From Octopus vulgaris (taxonomy: Eukaryota), in assembly GCA_951406725.2 (NCBI GenBank), contig OX597820.1:20956001-21020000 (forward strand): a DNA stretch of 64,000 nucleotides, given 5' to 3'. Shown here piece after piece: positions 39,276-53,398 of this stretch (position 1 is the first letter of the stretch; every line of letters starts with the position of its first letter). The notes beneath the pieces were generated by a model. It saw only the letters and a list, made by a program, of their open reading frames with translations. It did not search any database and was not told the DNA's origin. Both the position numbers and the translations under genes were made by a program.

Positions 39276-39877
39276 GAGCTGGCAGAAACGTTAGCACGCC
39301 GGGCGAAATGCTTAGCAGTATTTCGTCTGCCGTTACGTTCTGAGTTCAAATTCCGCCTGAGGTCGACTTTACCTTTCATCCTTTCGGTGTCGATTAAATA
39401 AGTACCAGTTACGCACTGGGGTCGATGTAATCGACTTAATCCGTTTGTTGTCCTTGTTTGTCCTCTCTGTGTTTAGCCCCTTGTGGGTAGTAAAGAAATA
39501 GGTATTTCGTCTGCCGCTACGTTCTGAGTTCAAATTCCGCAGAGGTCGACTTTACCTTTCATCCTTTCGGGGTCGATTAAATAAGTACCAGTTATGCACT
39601 GGGGTCGATGTAATCGACTTAATCCATTTGTCTGTCCTTGTTTGTCCTCTCTGTGTTTAGCCCCTTGTGGGTAGTAAAGAAATAGGTATTTCGTCTGCCG
39701 CTACGTTCTGAGTTCAAATTCTGCAGATGTCGACTTTGCCTTTCATCCTTTCGGGGGTCGATTAAATAAGTACCAGTTACGCACTGGGGTCGATGTAATC
39801 GACTTAATCCATTTATCTGTCCTTGTTTGTCCTCTCTGTGTTTAGCACCTTGTGGGTAGTAAAGAAATAGGTATTTC
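39276..39877 (+). repeat. Head-to-tail trimer of SINE family B (period ~184 bp)
   Basis: Junction AAAGAAATA|GGTATTTC after 39500, 39684 and 39869; only the first unit has the 5' head. Confidence 0.92.
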
Positions 39878-40796
39878 CAGTATAGAAGCTATTCTCATGC
39901 AATATCTGCCGTGTATTGTTTAATTGGACAGCCTCAGTGAAAGAACTTTGCTGTTTTTTTTCTTTTTATATTTCAAAAAAGATCTTCACTCTGTAATCAA
40001 ATATACAACAGCTATTCTGATGCCATGAGCTCAAAAAGTTTTGGTATGATACAGACAAAAACAGTCACCTTTGTATCAAGTAAAAGAGTTTTAGAAACTT
40101 ACAACACCTGTTGCTGACCCTCTCCATGACCAGACATATTTTCTAAGAAAGTTGTAAGCAGAGAACACCGCTTGTATATCAGTGACACTTGTTTACAACT
40201 ATCACATGATGACAAGGAGATAGTAAAACACACATACACACTCACACACATGGTGGGCGTCTTTCAGTTTACATCAATCAAATTCACTTACAAAGCCTTA
40301 GTTAAGCCAGGGTTATAGTAGACACTTGTCCAAGAAAAATACTGATCATCATCACCATCATCATCATTATCGTTTAATGCCCATTTTCCATGCTGGCATG
40401 GGTTGGACAGTTTCACAAGAACAGGCAAATCTGAAGATGACACCCACCAAGGTCTGCTGTCTGTTTTAGCATGGTTTCTGTGGCTGGATGCCTTTCATAA
40501 TACCAACCACTTCACAGAATGTAGTGGGGTCTTTGTAGATGGTAGTAGCATCAGTGAAGTCACCAAGTAACTTGCAGGACAAGATCCCTCAAATGGTGCG
40601 GTGGGGGTAGTATTGAAGGCAGACTGGGTGTCTTGCATTGCAAGAGGAACATGGCTTCCTCAGATGGAGAAAAGAGAGAGAAAAGGAAGATGGCAAACAT
40701 GTAACAGAGAGGGGGCAGGGACCATGCGATTGAGAGAGGGCAGGGACCGTGTGACAGAGATGGGGCAAGATAGATGAGACAGTTTACTGTTGTCCT

Positions 40797-41180
40797 CATC
40801 ATCACTTAATGTCCATTGTCCATGCTGGCATGGGTTGGACAGTTTGACTGGGCTGGCATGCTGGAAGGCTGTGCCAGGCTCCAGTTTGTTTTGGCATGGT
40901 TTTCTACAGCTGGATGCCCTTCCTAACGCTGACCACTCCGAGAGTGTAATGGGTGCAATTACATGCTACTGGCACAAGTGCAATTTGTGTGACACCGGTA
41001 TCTGCCACGACTGCAATTTTGCTTGGCTTGATGTGTCTTCTTCTCAAGCATGACATAATGCCAAAGGTCTTGGTCATTTGTCTCCATGAGGCCCAACACT
41101 TGAAAGGAAATTGGCCACTTCACCTCCATGAAGCCAAACGCTCCAGAGGAACTCAACCACCTCACCTCTGTGAGGCCTGC
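40797..41180 (-). mobile_element. RTE-like LINE 3' end: ORF2 C-terminus joined to the abundant 3'UTR family
   Basis: LGLMETNDQDLWHYVMLEKKTHQAK runs into the TTAGGAAGGGCATCCAGCTGTAGAAA...CCAACCCATGCCAGCATGGA...(GAT)n tail found in many copies in the window. Confidence 0.7.
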
Positions 41181-41429
41181 GCATGAGTAAATATACTTCA
41201 TAACTTACAAGTGTTTTGCAAACTAGTATGGTCAAGGTCAGCTGCTCCCTCTGGGACTAATCTACAGCTGGGTGGACAAGAGTAATGAAATAAGTTGTAA
41301 TAATAAAAAAAAAAGCACAACACAATGCACCACCTGGTTTAGGAACTGAAACTACTATCTTATGATCATGATTGCAATACTCTAATCACTAAGCCATGCA
41401 CCTAGTGGGTTAGGGTGTCTATAGTCTTT

Positions 41430-41820
41430 TCGTCTTTTACTTATATCAGTCATTTGATTGCAGCCATGCTGGAGCACCGCCTTTAGTTGAGCACATCGAT
41501 CCCAGGACTTAATCTTTGTAAGCCTAGTACTTATTCTATCAATCTCTTTTGCCGAACCGCTAAGTTACAGGGACGTAAACACACCAGCATCGGTTATCAA
41601 GCGATGTTGGGGGGACAAACACAGACACACATATACATATATATATATATATATATACATACGACAGGCTTCTTTCCAGTTTCTGTCTACCAAATCCACT
41701 CACAAGGCTTTGGTCGGCCTGAGGCTATAGTAGAAGACACTTGCCCAAGGTGCCACGCAGTGGGACTGAACCTGGAACTATGTAGTTCATAAGCAAGCTA
41801 CTTACCACACAGCCACTCCT
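41430..41820 (-). mobile_element. SINE family A
   Basis: Same consensus; further copies at ~42947-43293(-), 46058-46460(+), 47775-48265(+). Confidence 0.88.
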
Positions 41821-43159
41821 ACAGAGACACATTTCCACAATAAACATTTGTAAATTTAACATGTTTTGAATAAAAATATTTTGTCTACTTTAGAGAGGAA
41901 AGAAAAGAAAAACAAAGTTTTCTATATATTACTGGTATGTTTTCATGTACATTTCAAGCAATATTTGAGATATGTTGTGTAAACGATATGTATGTTAATC
42001 TATTGTCATATAAAATTCTCTCTTTCAAATCTTGCAAAACCGGTTTTTTTTTCAGTGTTTTTATATATGTATATGTGTGTGAATGTGTATATATATATAT
42101 ATATATATAATGATGAATGTGTGTACACACACACACATATATTTAAAGTTTCTAGTTTTACAATCATAAATACGCGTACTTGTTTTGACACAGTTTGCTA
42201 TTCAAATTTTGTATAAAAATCGTGAAGGAGAAGGCATGTAAACTATTTGAAAAACTGCCAATAGGTTTGTACTACAATCTTTAGTCAAACAATAAAAAAC
42301 TAGACTAAAACTTCTATTCTTGTCTTATACCTGCAGTTACAACCAATGACAAATTATTAGGAAAATAAAAACAAGTTTTTTTTTTCTCAGTTTCCTGTGC
42401 AGAAGATATCCTTGTTTATTGAGGTTTAGTAAAAATAACAAAAAAGGAAAGAAAGTAAATAAATAGATAAATACACAAGAGAAAGCAATGACAGAAATTT
42501 GACAGTTATTAAGGAATTTTCTTATCATATTTTTGTTGAAATACATATTGTTTCAACTAATTTTGAAAATGATAAAGAATTCAGTGAAATAAATCTGTGG
42601 TTAAACTTGTTGCAGAAAAGTTAGCGTGCTGTGCAAAATGCTTATCGGTATTTCATTTATCTTTTTTTAAGGCGCAGGAGTAGCTGCGTGGTAAGTAGCT
42701 TGTTTACCAACCACATGGTTCTGGGTTCGTTCCCACTGTGTGGCACCTTGGGCAAGTGTCTTCTTCTATAGCTATTTCTTTACTACCCACAAGGGGCTAC
42801 ACACAGAGGGGAGGACAAACAAGGACAGACAAACGGATCAAGTCGATTACATCGACCGCAGTGTGCAACTGGTATTTAATTTATCAAGCCCGAAAGGATA
42901 AAAGGCAAAGTCGATCTCAGCGGAATTTGAACTCAGAATGTAACGGTACTCTTTACTCTTGTTACTTGTTTCAGTCATTTGACAGTGGCCATGCTGGAGC
43001 ACCGCCTTTAGTTGAGCAAATTTACCCCAGGACTTATTCTTTGTAAGCCTAGTACTTATTCTACCGGTCTCTTTTACCGAACTGCTAAGTTACGGGGACA
43101 TAAACACACCAGCACCGGTTGTCAAGCGATGTTGGATGGACAAACACAGACACACAAAC

Positions 43160-43194
<35 letters not shown>

Positions 43195-43348
43195 AATACA
43201 CACACACACATACGATGGCCTTCTTTCAATTTCTGTCTACAAAATCCACTCACAAGGCTTTGGTTGGCCCATGGCTATAGAAGACACTTGCCCATATATA
43301 TAAATATATACATGTATATATAAATATATACATACATATATAGATAAA

Positions 43349-43396
<48 letters not shown>

Positions 43397-44588
43397 AAAT
43401 AACAAGGGTGGCTAGATGCAATATAAAACCAAAAGGAAAACTTCAATTGTCACTAATAATGACTGAGGGTACAGGGTAGCACTTACATTGCTAGAAACAA
43501 GAGCCAAAGACACTTAAGTATAAGTATATTTGTGTGTATATATAAGTGTGTGTGTGTGTGGTTTAAGAGTCTGGCAGTGGTCTGCAGTTGGGCAAGTCCT
43601 GTGCATGTCAACCTGTTCCAGCACTCTATATGTCCTAAGAGGGCCCATACCCTCCCCTAAGTAGATTACTGGAACTCTGACTACCATGACAAGATTTGGG
43701 GTGAATACTGAAGTGGTTTCCCGAAGCCTTCTCCAGACAGGTGGGATTAGAACTCAGAATGAAGAAAGCTGAAAGATATACCTTAAAGCACTTCTGCTAA
43801 AACGTCAGTGATTCTGCCACTCCCCCACCCACAGAGCGAGCTGAAATGAAGTGTTTTGCTCAAGAGCACAACACACCACCCAGTCTTGGAATTGAACTCA
43901 TGATCTAGCAATTCTGAACACAAAACCCTATCACTGGGTCACACACCCTCACAGTTTCAGAGCATAAGATTAAATACTGTTTATTTTTATTTTTATGTCC
44001 TTTGTCATAACTGTTGATAACATATCACTAGTTCTTATTTGATAGCATAAAGTAGGGGACACTGGGCACTGAGTGCAGACCAGTGCTGGGCTGTGGGTCA
44101 TTTGGGACCAAATTGCACAGAAAGAATAAATTTTGAAATTTTATTTCTATTTTATTGACCATCACAGTCTTCTGGGTTTTTTTTGCATTCTATAAGTGTC
44201 ATTGGTTGTAGGGGAGTCCCTACCCAGTCGGTATGGAAAATGCTTAAAGCCATTGAAATGAGAGGAAAAGAGTGAAGGGTGGCTATGCGCAGGATGGGAG
44301 AGGTAGCAGAAAAAGCCTTTAGCTGGTTATGGAGCAAGAAAGAATAGTTAAGTAGGAAACCAGGAGGAAATTAGTAGCAGTGATTTGGCCGCCTTTGCTG
44401 GCCCACCAACAGGAGGGTGTTGCAGTTCAGAGCTGAAATTGCCAATGGTAGTTAGATGCTGTCTGATGGCATCAGTTTCTCCTGGCAAACACACCATTCA
44501 CCTTGGTGAGTAGAAAAGAAGCACTTTCTTTTAGGTATTGTTAATAACATATACGGATGTAACAAATACATAATAATTAAATGATATA

Positions 44589-45084
44589 CAGTGATCCCTC
44601 GTTTATTGCAGTAGATTGGTTCCGAGACCGGCCGCGATAACTGAATTTCCGCGAAGTAGGAACACCATATTTACACCATATTTATTTAACGTGTATTTGG
44701 ACTTTAAAAACCCTCCCTGTACTGTTAACAACCTACCCATTACAGTAGTCTATTAATAACAAGGACAACTGTTAAGCAATAACACTTTAGATTAAAAAAA
44801 TAAAGATTGTTACTGTTACACAGGACAATCTGGCCTAGAAAGCTGTGATTCGTCGTCTCTCTCCATTGCACCAATCACAGCCTGTCTTAAATTCAAATAC
44901 TCCTGTATATGCTTTTTTGCTATTTTACGCTAGTTTTGTTGTTCCTAGACTAGGAAATAATATTTATTATTAATATTTTAATGGATTTAATGAAAAGTTT
45001 TGGGTGTTCATATATATATATTTTTAAAATCTGCAAAGTCATGAATCCGCAATAGTTGTACCACGAAGTAGCGAGGGATCACTG
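44589..45084. mobile_element. Tigger/pogo-like MITE
   Basis: TIR CAGTGATCCCTCG / CGAGGGATCACTG with TA target duplication on both sides; no ORF. Confidence 0.88.
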
Positions 45085-45761
45085 TATTATGCACTTAGTG
45101 TTTTGTTATATGTGTGATCCCTCAATCTGTGGAAAACTGTCTCACTTGAAGCAAATCCATTGTACAAAAGAGTTTAGGAACCGCTGGCATAAAAGATGCA
45201 CTGGCATATTAAACATACCCCAATTTCAGTAGCGTACATTCAGGAAAAAAATATTTTTAGTGCTTTAACCATGTGGTACTCAGATTACTCTATCAAACGT
45301 AATGCTTTTTTATTCACATTTAAAAAAAAATTTAATCATGCATTACCTTGTAGATTGGAGATTTCGATGTGATTGCTTATTTTTAGAATGATATTGCAGG
45401 GTAGATGTGAGAGGCTAGATCTACTAGAACTAGTCTGAACATAAAACAGAAGATTCGGGCTGGATATGACAGGCTAATGAGTTAAAGCTTACAGGAGGCT
45501 AACTTCACAAATAGAATCCAGGGTTATTTTTGTGAGTCATCTTATATGCTGTTCATAATCTATACTGTGTCTTATTCACATCTATAATGCATATAAAGAA
45601 TCGACCCTAGAACATTTACTGTTATTTTTACCCCTTTTAAAACTTGCTTGCAAATATCAAGTTTTTTTCCCTATTACCCCGTTTGTATTCTCCCTTATTG
45701 TATCTTATTTTAACTTGCTTTATTTTATTAAACCTTTTTTGATGTTCTTACAAGAATTCTT

Positions 45762-45861
45762 CACACTGATGAAAATGACAATGTATAAATTTAATTATAA
45801 TTACTATGGTTATAATTTTTTTCTTACATATTTGTATTGTCCTTTGAAATGCACATATGTA
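45762..45861 (+). ncRNA. Decayed type I hammerhead motif
   Basis: CACA-CUGAUGA-AAAUGACAAU...AUUGUCCUUU-GAAA-UGCACA-UA-UGUA; stem III looks like CpG-decayed CGCGCG. Confidence 0.45.
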
Positions 45862-45970
45862 CTGAATCCTATTTTGTATTAAATCTAATTTTGATTCAAC
45901 ATCTTTTTCTCCTCTATTTTTCTATAATTGTTTATGGTACTTTTATACCTATAATGATATTTTTCAACTA

Positions 45971-46003
<33 letters not shown>

Positions 46004-46729
46004 TAAATATATACATAGACATATATATATATATATATATAGTATATATATATATATAGGCACAGGAGAGGCTGTGTGGTAAGTAGCTTGTTTACCAACC
46101 ACATGATTCCAGGTTCAGTCCCACTGCACGTGGCATCTTGGGACCAAGGCCTAGTGAGTGAATTTGTAGGGAAACTGAGAGAAACCTGTTGTGTAGTGGA
46201 TATATATATATGGAATATATATATATATATATGTATATATATGTATGTGTGTATGTTGTGTGTCTGTGTTTGTCCCCCATCAACATTGCTTGATAACCGA
46301 TGCTGGTGTATTTACGTCCCCATAACTTAGCGGTTCGGCAAAAGAGGCTGATAGAATAAGTACTAGGCTTACAAAGAATAAGTCCTGGGGTCGATTTGCT
46401 CGACTAAAGGCGGTGCTCCAGCATGGCTGCAGTCAAATGACTGAAACAAGTAAAAGAGTATATATATATATATGTTGATAATAGTGTATCTTTTATATGC
46501 CATTAAATACAGGATTATCTCTATACAAAAATTAGTTTCTCTTAGTTTGCAACTTTAACAAATATTGTAGAAATAAAGAAAGGATAAAAATATATACTAC
46601 AAATGAATGTTATGTCAAACAACAAGTTTTTAATATTATTTATGCAAGATGTTCTTCTTTAACCTATATGTTTATTGAAATGGAAGTTCTTAAACTAGCT
46701 ATGATGACCTTAAAAACAGCGTTGCTAAA

Positions 46730-46801
46730 TCATAGAGGCTTGATGTCTTCCTGCATAATAGGAAACTCGTCATTCCGGTTAAATGTGTTGTCATCTGTCA
46801 T
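46730..46801 (-). CDS. Possible terminal coding exon of an unidentified upstream gene (MTDDNTFNRNDEFPIMQEDIKPL*)
   Basis: Non-repetitive island with acceptor-like TTTATTTCATTATGCAG, 23 open codons to TGA, and AATAAA at 46676-46671. No homology recognised and no partner exon found. Confidence 0.35.
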   Translation of the reverse strand: MTDDNTFNRNDEFPIMQEDIKPL

Positions 46802-46904
46802 CTGCATAATGAAATAAATGTTATATTGAAATTCAACTTGGACACTTTGATTCAGTATCCATGGAATGTGCAATCTAATATTTAAATGTACAGAATAATT
46901 AGCA

Positions 46905-47504
46905 AAGGCAGCAAGCTGGCAGAAATGTTAGCACACTGGGCAAAATGCTTAGCGGTATTTCGTCTATGTTTATTTTCTGAGTTCAAATTCCGTCGAGGTC
47001 GACTTTGCCTTTCATCCTTTCGGAGTCGATTAAGTATGTACCAGTTACGCACTGGGGTCGATGTAATCGACTTAATCCGTTTGCCTGTCCTTGTTTATCC
47101 CCTCTGTGTTTAGCCCCTTATGGGTAGTAAAGAAATAAGCATTTTGTCTGCCATTGTGTTCTGAGTTCAAATTCTGCCGGGGTCAACTTTGCCTTTCATC
47201 CTTTTGGGGTCGATTAAATAAGTACCAGTTATGCACTGGGTCGATATAATCGGCTTAATCCGTTTGTCTGTCCTAGTTTGTCCCCTCTGTGTTTTGTCCC
47301 TTGTGGGTAGTAAAGAAATAGGCATTTCATCTATGTTTATGTTCTGAGTTCAAATTCCGTCTAGGTCGACTTTGCCTTTCATCCTTTCGGTGTCGATTAA
47401 ATAAGTACCAGTTATGCACTGGAGTCAATGTAATTGACTTAATCCCTTTGTCTGTCCTTGTTTGTCCCCTCTGTGTGTAGCCCCTTGTGGGCAGTAAAGA
47501 AATA
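46905..47504 (+). repeat. Head-to-tail trimer of SINE family B
   Basis: Same junction position, after 47137 and 47320. Confidence 0.9.
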
Positions 47505-47975
47505 AGAATAATCAGCAACATCATCATCATCATCATCATCATTATTTAACATCTGCTTTCCATGCTGGCATGGGTTAGATGGTTTGACTGAAACAGGTAA
47601 GCCGGGTAGCTATACCTGGCTCCAGTCTGATTTGGCTTGGTTTCTATGGCTGGATGTCCTTCTTAAATGCTGATCACTCCAAGAGTGTAGTGGGTGCCTT
47701 TTTATGTGTCACTGGCACAGGCGTCTTTTACATGTTACTGGCACAGGTGCCTGTGACACAAAAAACAAAACACAAGCAGAATGTGCGTGTGGTAAGAAAT
47801 TTGCTTCTCAACCACCATGGTTCTGGGGGTTCTGGGTAAGTGTCATCTGTTATAACCCTAGGCCGACCAAAGCCTTCTGTGTGGATTTGGAAGACAGAAG
47901 CTGAAAGAAGCCCATTGCACATTATTATATATATATACATATTTATATATATATACATATATGTATGTATGCATG

Positions 47976-48039
<64 letters not shown>

Positions 48040-48776
48040 TACAGAAATATGTATGTGTATGTCTGTGTTTGTTCCCCATCATTAGCTGTCAACCAGTGTT
48101 GGTTTGTTTACGTCTGCATAGCTTAGCAGTTTGATCAAAGGGGACCAATACAAGTTACAAGGTTAAAATATAAATACTATGGTCAATCCATTCAACTAAA
48201 TCTCTGCAAGGCAGAGCCCCAGCATGGCCACAGTCCAATGACTGAAACCAATAAAGATAAAAGATTTAATTTATGTTAATTTATTCAGCCTCCTGAACAT
48301 AAGACAATCTCGAAAGAAAAACCATTCTAACTCTTCACGAAATTCAGTTAAAAAATTTATATAAGCTTAATCTGTAAGATCAAATCATTCACCTAAAATA
48401 TTCACTAACTACCTCTTTGATCTTTATTCAAATCTGTGGTGGAAGTCATATCACGATCATTGTTTTGACAGATATATACTTCTTTTTCTCTTTAACCCTG
48501 TAGCAGTTAAACCGGCCATATCTGACCCAAATATTTTATCTGTTTTAGTTCAGACCAACCAGATCTCATCTTTCACACCCATCCTACAATGTTATTCAAA
48601 AATGCAATAATCACATTATTGAACTCTCAAAGCTAAGAGATAATGCCTAATTAATTCAAAACAATGTGAGTAAATACACTTTACGTTTGACAGAAAAATC
48701 TGAATACTAAGGGTCAATGCATACTTCTCGATCAATGGTCACAGGTTATAAAAGTAACTTTATTCATGGTTAAGTA

Positions 48777-49342
48777 TTGGATTGTCCAGAAAGTTTGTGC
48801 TGATTTTTAAAGGAAAGAAAAAGGTCAATAAATACTTGACATTACATTTTTAATCAACCAAATATGAACCATTTTGTTGCACAATGCGTCTCCATCGTTC
48901 CTTTAACTTGAAAATACTCTTCTCCAGAATTGAGGTGGTTTCATGGCAAAGAATTCATCAAGGTATCTTTTTACGTCATCCAAGGAATTGAAATTTTTAC
49001 CATTAAGATTATTCTGCAGAGACCTGAATAAGTGAAAATCTGAAGGAGCAATATCTGGTGAATATGAAGGGTGGGGTAACACATCCCAGCCGAGCTGCAG
49101 CAATTTTTGTCTGGTTCCCAAAGCATCAAGTGCCGAGAATGGAACTTTCTTATCTTCCATTTTAAAGGGTTACAGAATTAACACAGGTTATAGGAACATA
49201 AATTTTCTTCCATGAAAAGATAGCTTAAACTGTGCTCTAAATGGAGGTGTAGTCAAATCCTATTTTATGGACTCAACTATGTTCTAAAATAAGTTGAAAG
49301 GTAAGCTACTATAAATCGGCACGAACTTTCCAGACAACCCAA
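48777..49342 (-). mobile_element. Internally deleted mariner transposon (mellifera-like termini)
   Basis: ~30-bp TIRs (TTGGATTGTCCAGAAAGTTTGTGCTGATTT / AAATCGGCACGAACTTTCCAGACAACCCAA) with TA on both sides (48775-76, 49343-44). The ORF fuses the transposase start MEDKKV to the C-terminal LGWDVLPHPSYSPDIAPSDFHLF. Confidence 0.92.
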
Positions 49343-51404
49343 TAGTTACAGACTAGCATACGTATAACAAAAATAATTGTCCACTATTGATTTGAACTGG
49401 CATTCAGAACATGCTGACGTTGAATAAAAAATATAAAAAAGAAAAACCATTTTTTCACATTCACATGAATTTTTATTTACCTTGGTGAATATGAGATAAA
49501 TAAAAGAAAAAAATTGTTATAAATTTCAAACAAGATAGTAATGTTTTTTTTCTTTTCCTTTCTCATAGAAGATACTGATTTAAGATCAAAAGTCTAAAGG
49601 TTGTTTATTTAATTTTTTTTTATCTTCTATCATTTATTAATTTCAGTCTTTGACTTATGGCTATGCTGGGACACAGCCTTGAAGGGTTAAGGATTTAGTC
49701 AAACAAATCAACTCCAGTACCTGTTTCAAGTCAGGTACTTATTCTGTTAGCCTCTTTTGCCTACCTGCTAAGTTACAGGGATGTAAACAAATGAACACCA
49801 GTTGTCAAGGAGTAGTGGGGGACATACATAAAGACACAAACACACACAATCATATACACACACACACACACATGCGTGTGCATACACACACATGCACATG
49901 CACAGTGGGCTCCCACATAATTTCAATCTACCAAACACATTCACAAGACATTGATCAGCTCAGAGCTATAGGAAAACACTTCTGTTATACTAAGGTGCCA
50001 CACAGTGGAACTGAACCTGAAACGATAGCACGCCAGGCAAAATGGTTATCGGTATGTCGTCTGACGCTACGTTCTGAGTTCAAATTCTGCCGAGGTCAAC
50101 TTTGCTTTTCATCCTTTTGGGGGTCGATTAAATAAGTACCAGTTACGCACTGGGCTCGATATAATCAACTTAATCCATTTGTCTGTCCCTGTTTGTCCCC
50201 TCTGTGTGTAACCCCTTGTAGGCAGTAAAGAAATAAGAAAGATAACAGAGAGGAGGGCATTAGGAAGAGGAATTGTGGAAGAGATGGGTGTTAGGAAAAT
50301 GGGTTTTAGCAGAAAAGGCTCATCAGAAACAAATAGGGTCCAAAGAAGCAGACATGGGCCACATACTTTTAGAGTCTCGTTTTCACCAAGCTGGACATTA
50401 TTCTTGAGCACAGCAAAGCATCAATTATCTCAGTCTTTTGTCATCTCCTCTGTGTGGCTAAGCATCTGGAGGTCATTCTTCAACACTTCATCCCATGTCT
50501 TCTTGGACATCCCTTTTCCATGACTTAATATATTAATTAATTGTTTCATGAAAGATGTAGATGATGCATTAACAATTTAAACAATTCTCTTTAATCTTTC
50601 ACTTAAGTTTAAATTGAGATTTCAAGTTTTTTTTTATATATTATATTTTCCTCGTTAAACTATCTTTTTGCTCATTTCAGTTTAGTTGAATGAATCAACC
50701 CCTAAGCCTGGTTCTTATTCCATTGGTCCCTTTTGCAAAACTGCTAAGTTACAGGGATGAAAACAAACCAACACCAGTTGCTATGCAGTGAAGTGAGGAC
50801 AAACAAAGGTAGACATACACACATAGTATACATAGACAGATAGATACATGATAGCCTTCTTTCAGCTTCGATCTACCACTCACAAGGTTTTGGTTGGTAT
50901 GAAACTATAGTATAAAACACTTGCCCAAGTTACCATTCAGTGGGACTGAACCCAGAACCATTTGGTTGGGAAGCAAACTTCTTACCACAAAGCCATGCCT
51001 GCACCTATGCTTAACTATTTAAACTACTTGTCTTAATCACTTCCAATTAAGTAATTTCAAGTTCCAGCACATTTTTCTACTGCAGTTAATGCTAATAGTT
51101 ATTAAATTTGTAATGAGACTATTTAACACTTAAAAAACTTAATTACAAACCTTCTTCTTTATTGGTTGAGAATACTATTTTCTAAATCTGAAACAATTTC
51201 TAATAGCTGGCATTATAAAATGGAACAAGTTACACTGTCAAACAAAGTACCATATTTGATGGGATATAAGATGTACCCTTTTTAAACCACCCCACCAAAA
51301 TGTCTTAAAAACACCACCACAAGTCCTACATGTAAAGTTGGACCAACATTACTTGTACATGCTTCAAGGTGCAAAAACTTCTTTCCAGAATATGTGCTAC
51401 TATA

Positions 51405-51565
51405 GGTGTAGGAGTGGCCGTGTGGTAAGTAGCTTGCTTACCAACCACATGGTTCCGGGTTCAGTCCCACTGCATGGCACCTTGGCCAAGTGTCTTCTAC
51501 TATAGCCTCGGGCCGACCAAAGCCTTGTGAGTTGATTTGGTAGACGGAAACTGAAAGAAGCCCAT

Positions 51566-51628
<63 letters not shown>

Positions 51629-51835
51629 TTGTGTGTCTGTGTTTGTCCCCCAACATTGCTTGCCAACCGATGCTGGTGTGTTTACATCCCCCATAGCTTA
51701 GCAGTTCAGCAACAGAGACTGATAGAATAAGTACTAGGCTTACAAAGAATAAGTCCTGGGGTCGATTTGCTCAACTAAAAGTGATGTTCCAGCATGGCCA
51801 CAGTCAAATGACTTCAACAAGTAAAAGAGTAAAAA
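51405..51835 (+). mobile_element. SINE family A
   Basis: Same consensus; further copies at ~50690-51005(-) and 54795-55210(-). Confidence 0.88.
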
Positions 51836-53104
51836 GTGTAAGTCATTTAATGGTGTATCTCAAGGCAAAATGCAGATGTAAATAATAGCTAGTAACATAT
51901 TAGGTCATAAATCTCTTGGATAGTAAAAGGCAGAAACCTATTTGCAGAACACATAGCATGCATTTTCTGTATCTATGACATACGTGTTATTAAATTATAA
52001 TTACATTAGCTTTGAAATATTCTTTTGAATGACATATTTGTCAATGCTTCTACATCTTTATTCTACAGGTAAACAGACATACTTGTCTTTCTTATTTCAT
52101 TATTGCCCACAAGGGGCTAAACATAGAGGGGACAAACAAGCAGACAAACGGATTAAGTCGATTGCATTGACCCAAGTGCGTAACTGGTACTTATTTAATC
52201 GACCCCAAAAGGATGAAAGGCAAAGTCAACCTCAGCAGAATTTGAACTCAGAACGTAACGGCAGACAAAATACCGCTAAGCATTTTGCCTGGCATGCTAA
52301 TGCTTCTGCCAGCTCGCTGCGTTTGTCTTTCTTGTGAAATTAAAGGACTTAAAGTAAATTTAGCATAATTGGTAGCATGCCTCTCATGGTTTACAAAAGA
52401 AACATGGTTCAAGTCCCACAGGTAGTTTTCGGCCATTTTCCAATCTAAAGGGATTTTATCCCAACATATTACAAACTATTATTTATAGCAGCATTTGGTT
52501 TGTGAGTTATTGTTAAACGATTTATTTGCATATTTCCTAAGGGTTCTAAATTTATACTATAACAAGAAAATTGTAGCAAAGCTGCATGTTAGTGGTGTCA
52601 CATGTGGCATGCATGTTTTATTTTTCTCAGTTTTATTTTGATATGCACATTGTGTTTTTATTCTTCTCTTCCATTTTATGAATTCAGTGTGCTCATGCAC
52701 ATTATGTGTTTATACTTTTCTTTCTGGTTCCTAATCAAAACATTTTACAGATCACAACCATCTCACGAACCTGTGTTCATGAGTGCTTATGCTCTGGTGC
52801 TTGTGAAAAAATATTAAAGAGTTTAATAATTGTCACCATCAAGAAAATTGTCTACACACACACTTAACTTGATAGGATAATCTTATTCTTACAGCAGGTA
52901 ATAAAATATTTCATAGCACTCCCAAAGTGCAAGGGCTAAATTACAAAACTAGCACATATATTGATAAGAAATATCAAAGTAGAAAAGCTGTGGCCGTAAC
53001 TGGCAAAGGTCAGCTAGTGAAACAAATACTCAATTAAATTACATTTTTAATAGTTAGTTAGAATTCTTTTTATATTTAAACCTTTCTTAAAAGATTGTTA
53101 AAAG

Positions 53105-53386
53105 ATGCAATTCTAAATTTTTGAGATGAGGTATTCATATGATGTATTTACTTTAGTCGGAGTGCATCCTCATTTTGATTGCTGTTTTCACTAAGTTTCA
53201 GCTGTGTACACTCCAGCCTTCTTCAGGTGTTTTGTGTTATGACATTTTTTTGTGAATTCACCTTAGTGCCTTGCCTGGAATTGATGTCAGAATCTCTAGG
53301 TAACTGCACCACATTAACCAATGCTTTTATCCACTATGCTATTCTTGTAGGCAGTGACAGAGTGAATTTTTAAGCTTTATAAACCT
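53105..53386 (-). mobile_element. Retrozyme-like monomer, left copy (Pol III A box plus minimal hammerhead)
   Basis: Minus strand: A box TAGCATAGTGG (53341-53331), degenerate B box, then CAC-CUGAAGA-A-GGCUG..CAGCU-GAAA-CU-UA-GUG (53229-53189). Confidence 0.6.
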
Positions 53387-53398
53387 GTTGCTTATAAA

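Noticed and set aside
39276-39877. Regular repeats considered as a CRISPR array or hammerhead retrozyme
   Set aside because: Units are contiguous with no unique spacers, the context is eukaryotic, and there is no CUGANGA core on either strand.
51151-51187. Possible minus-strand exon (TTTCAG...AAG|GTTTGT)
   Set aside because: Stops in all three frames from the best acceptor and a weak donor.
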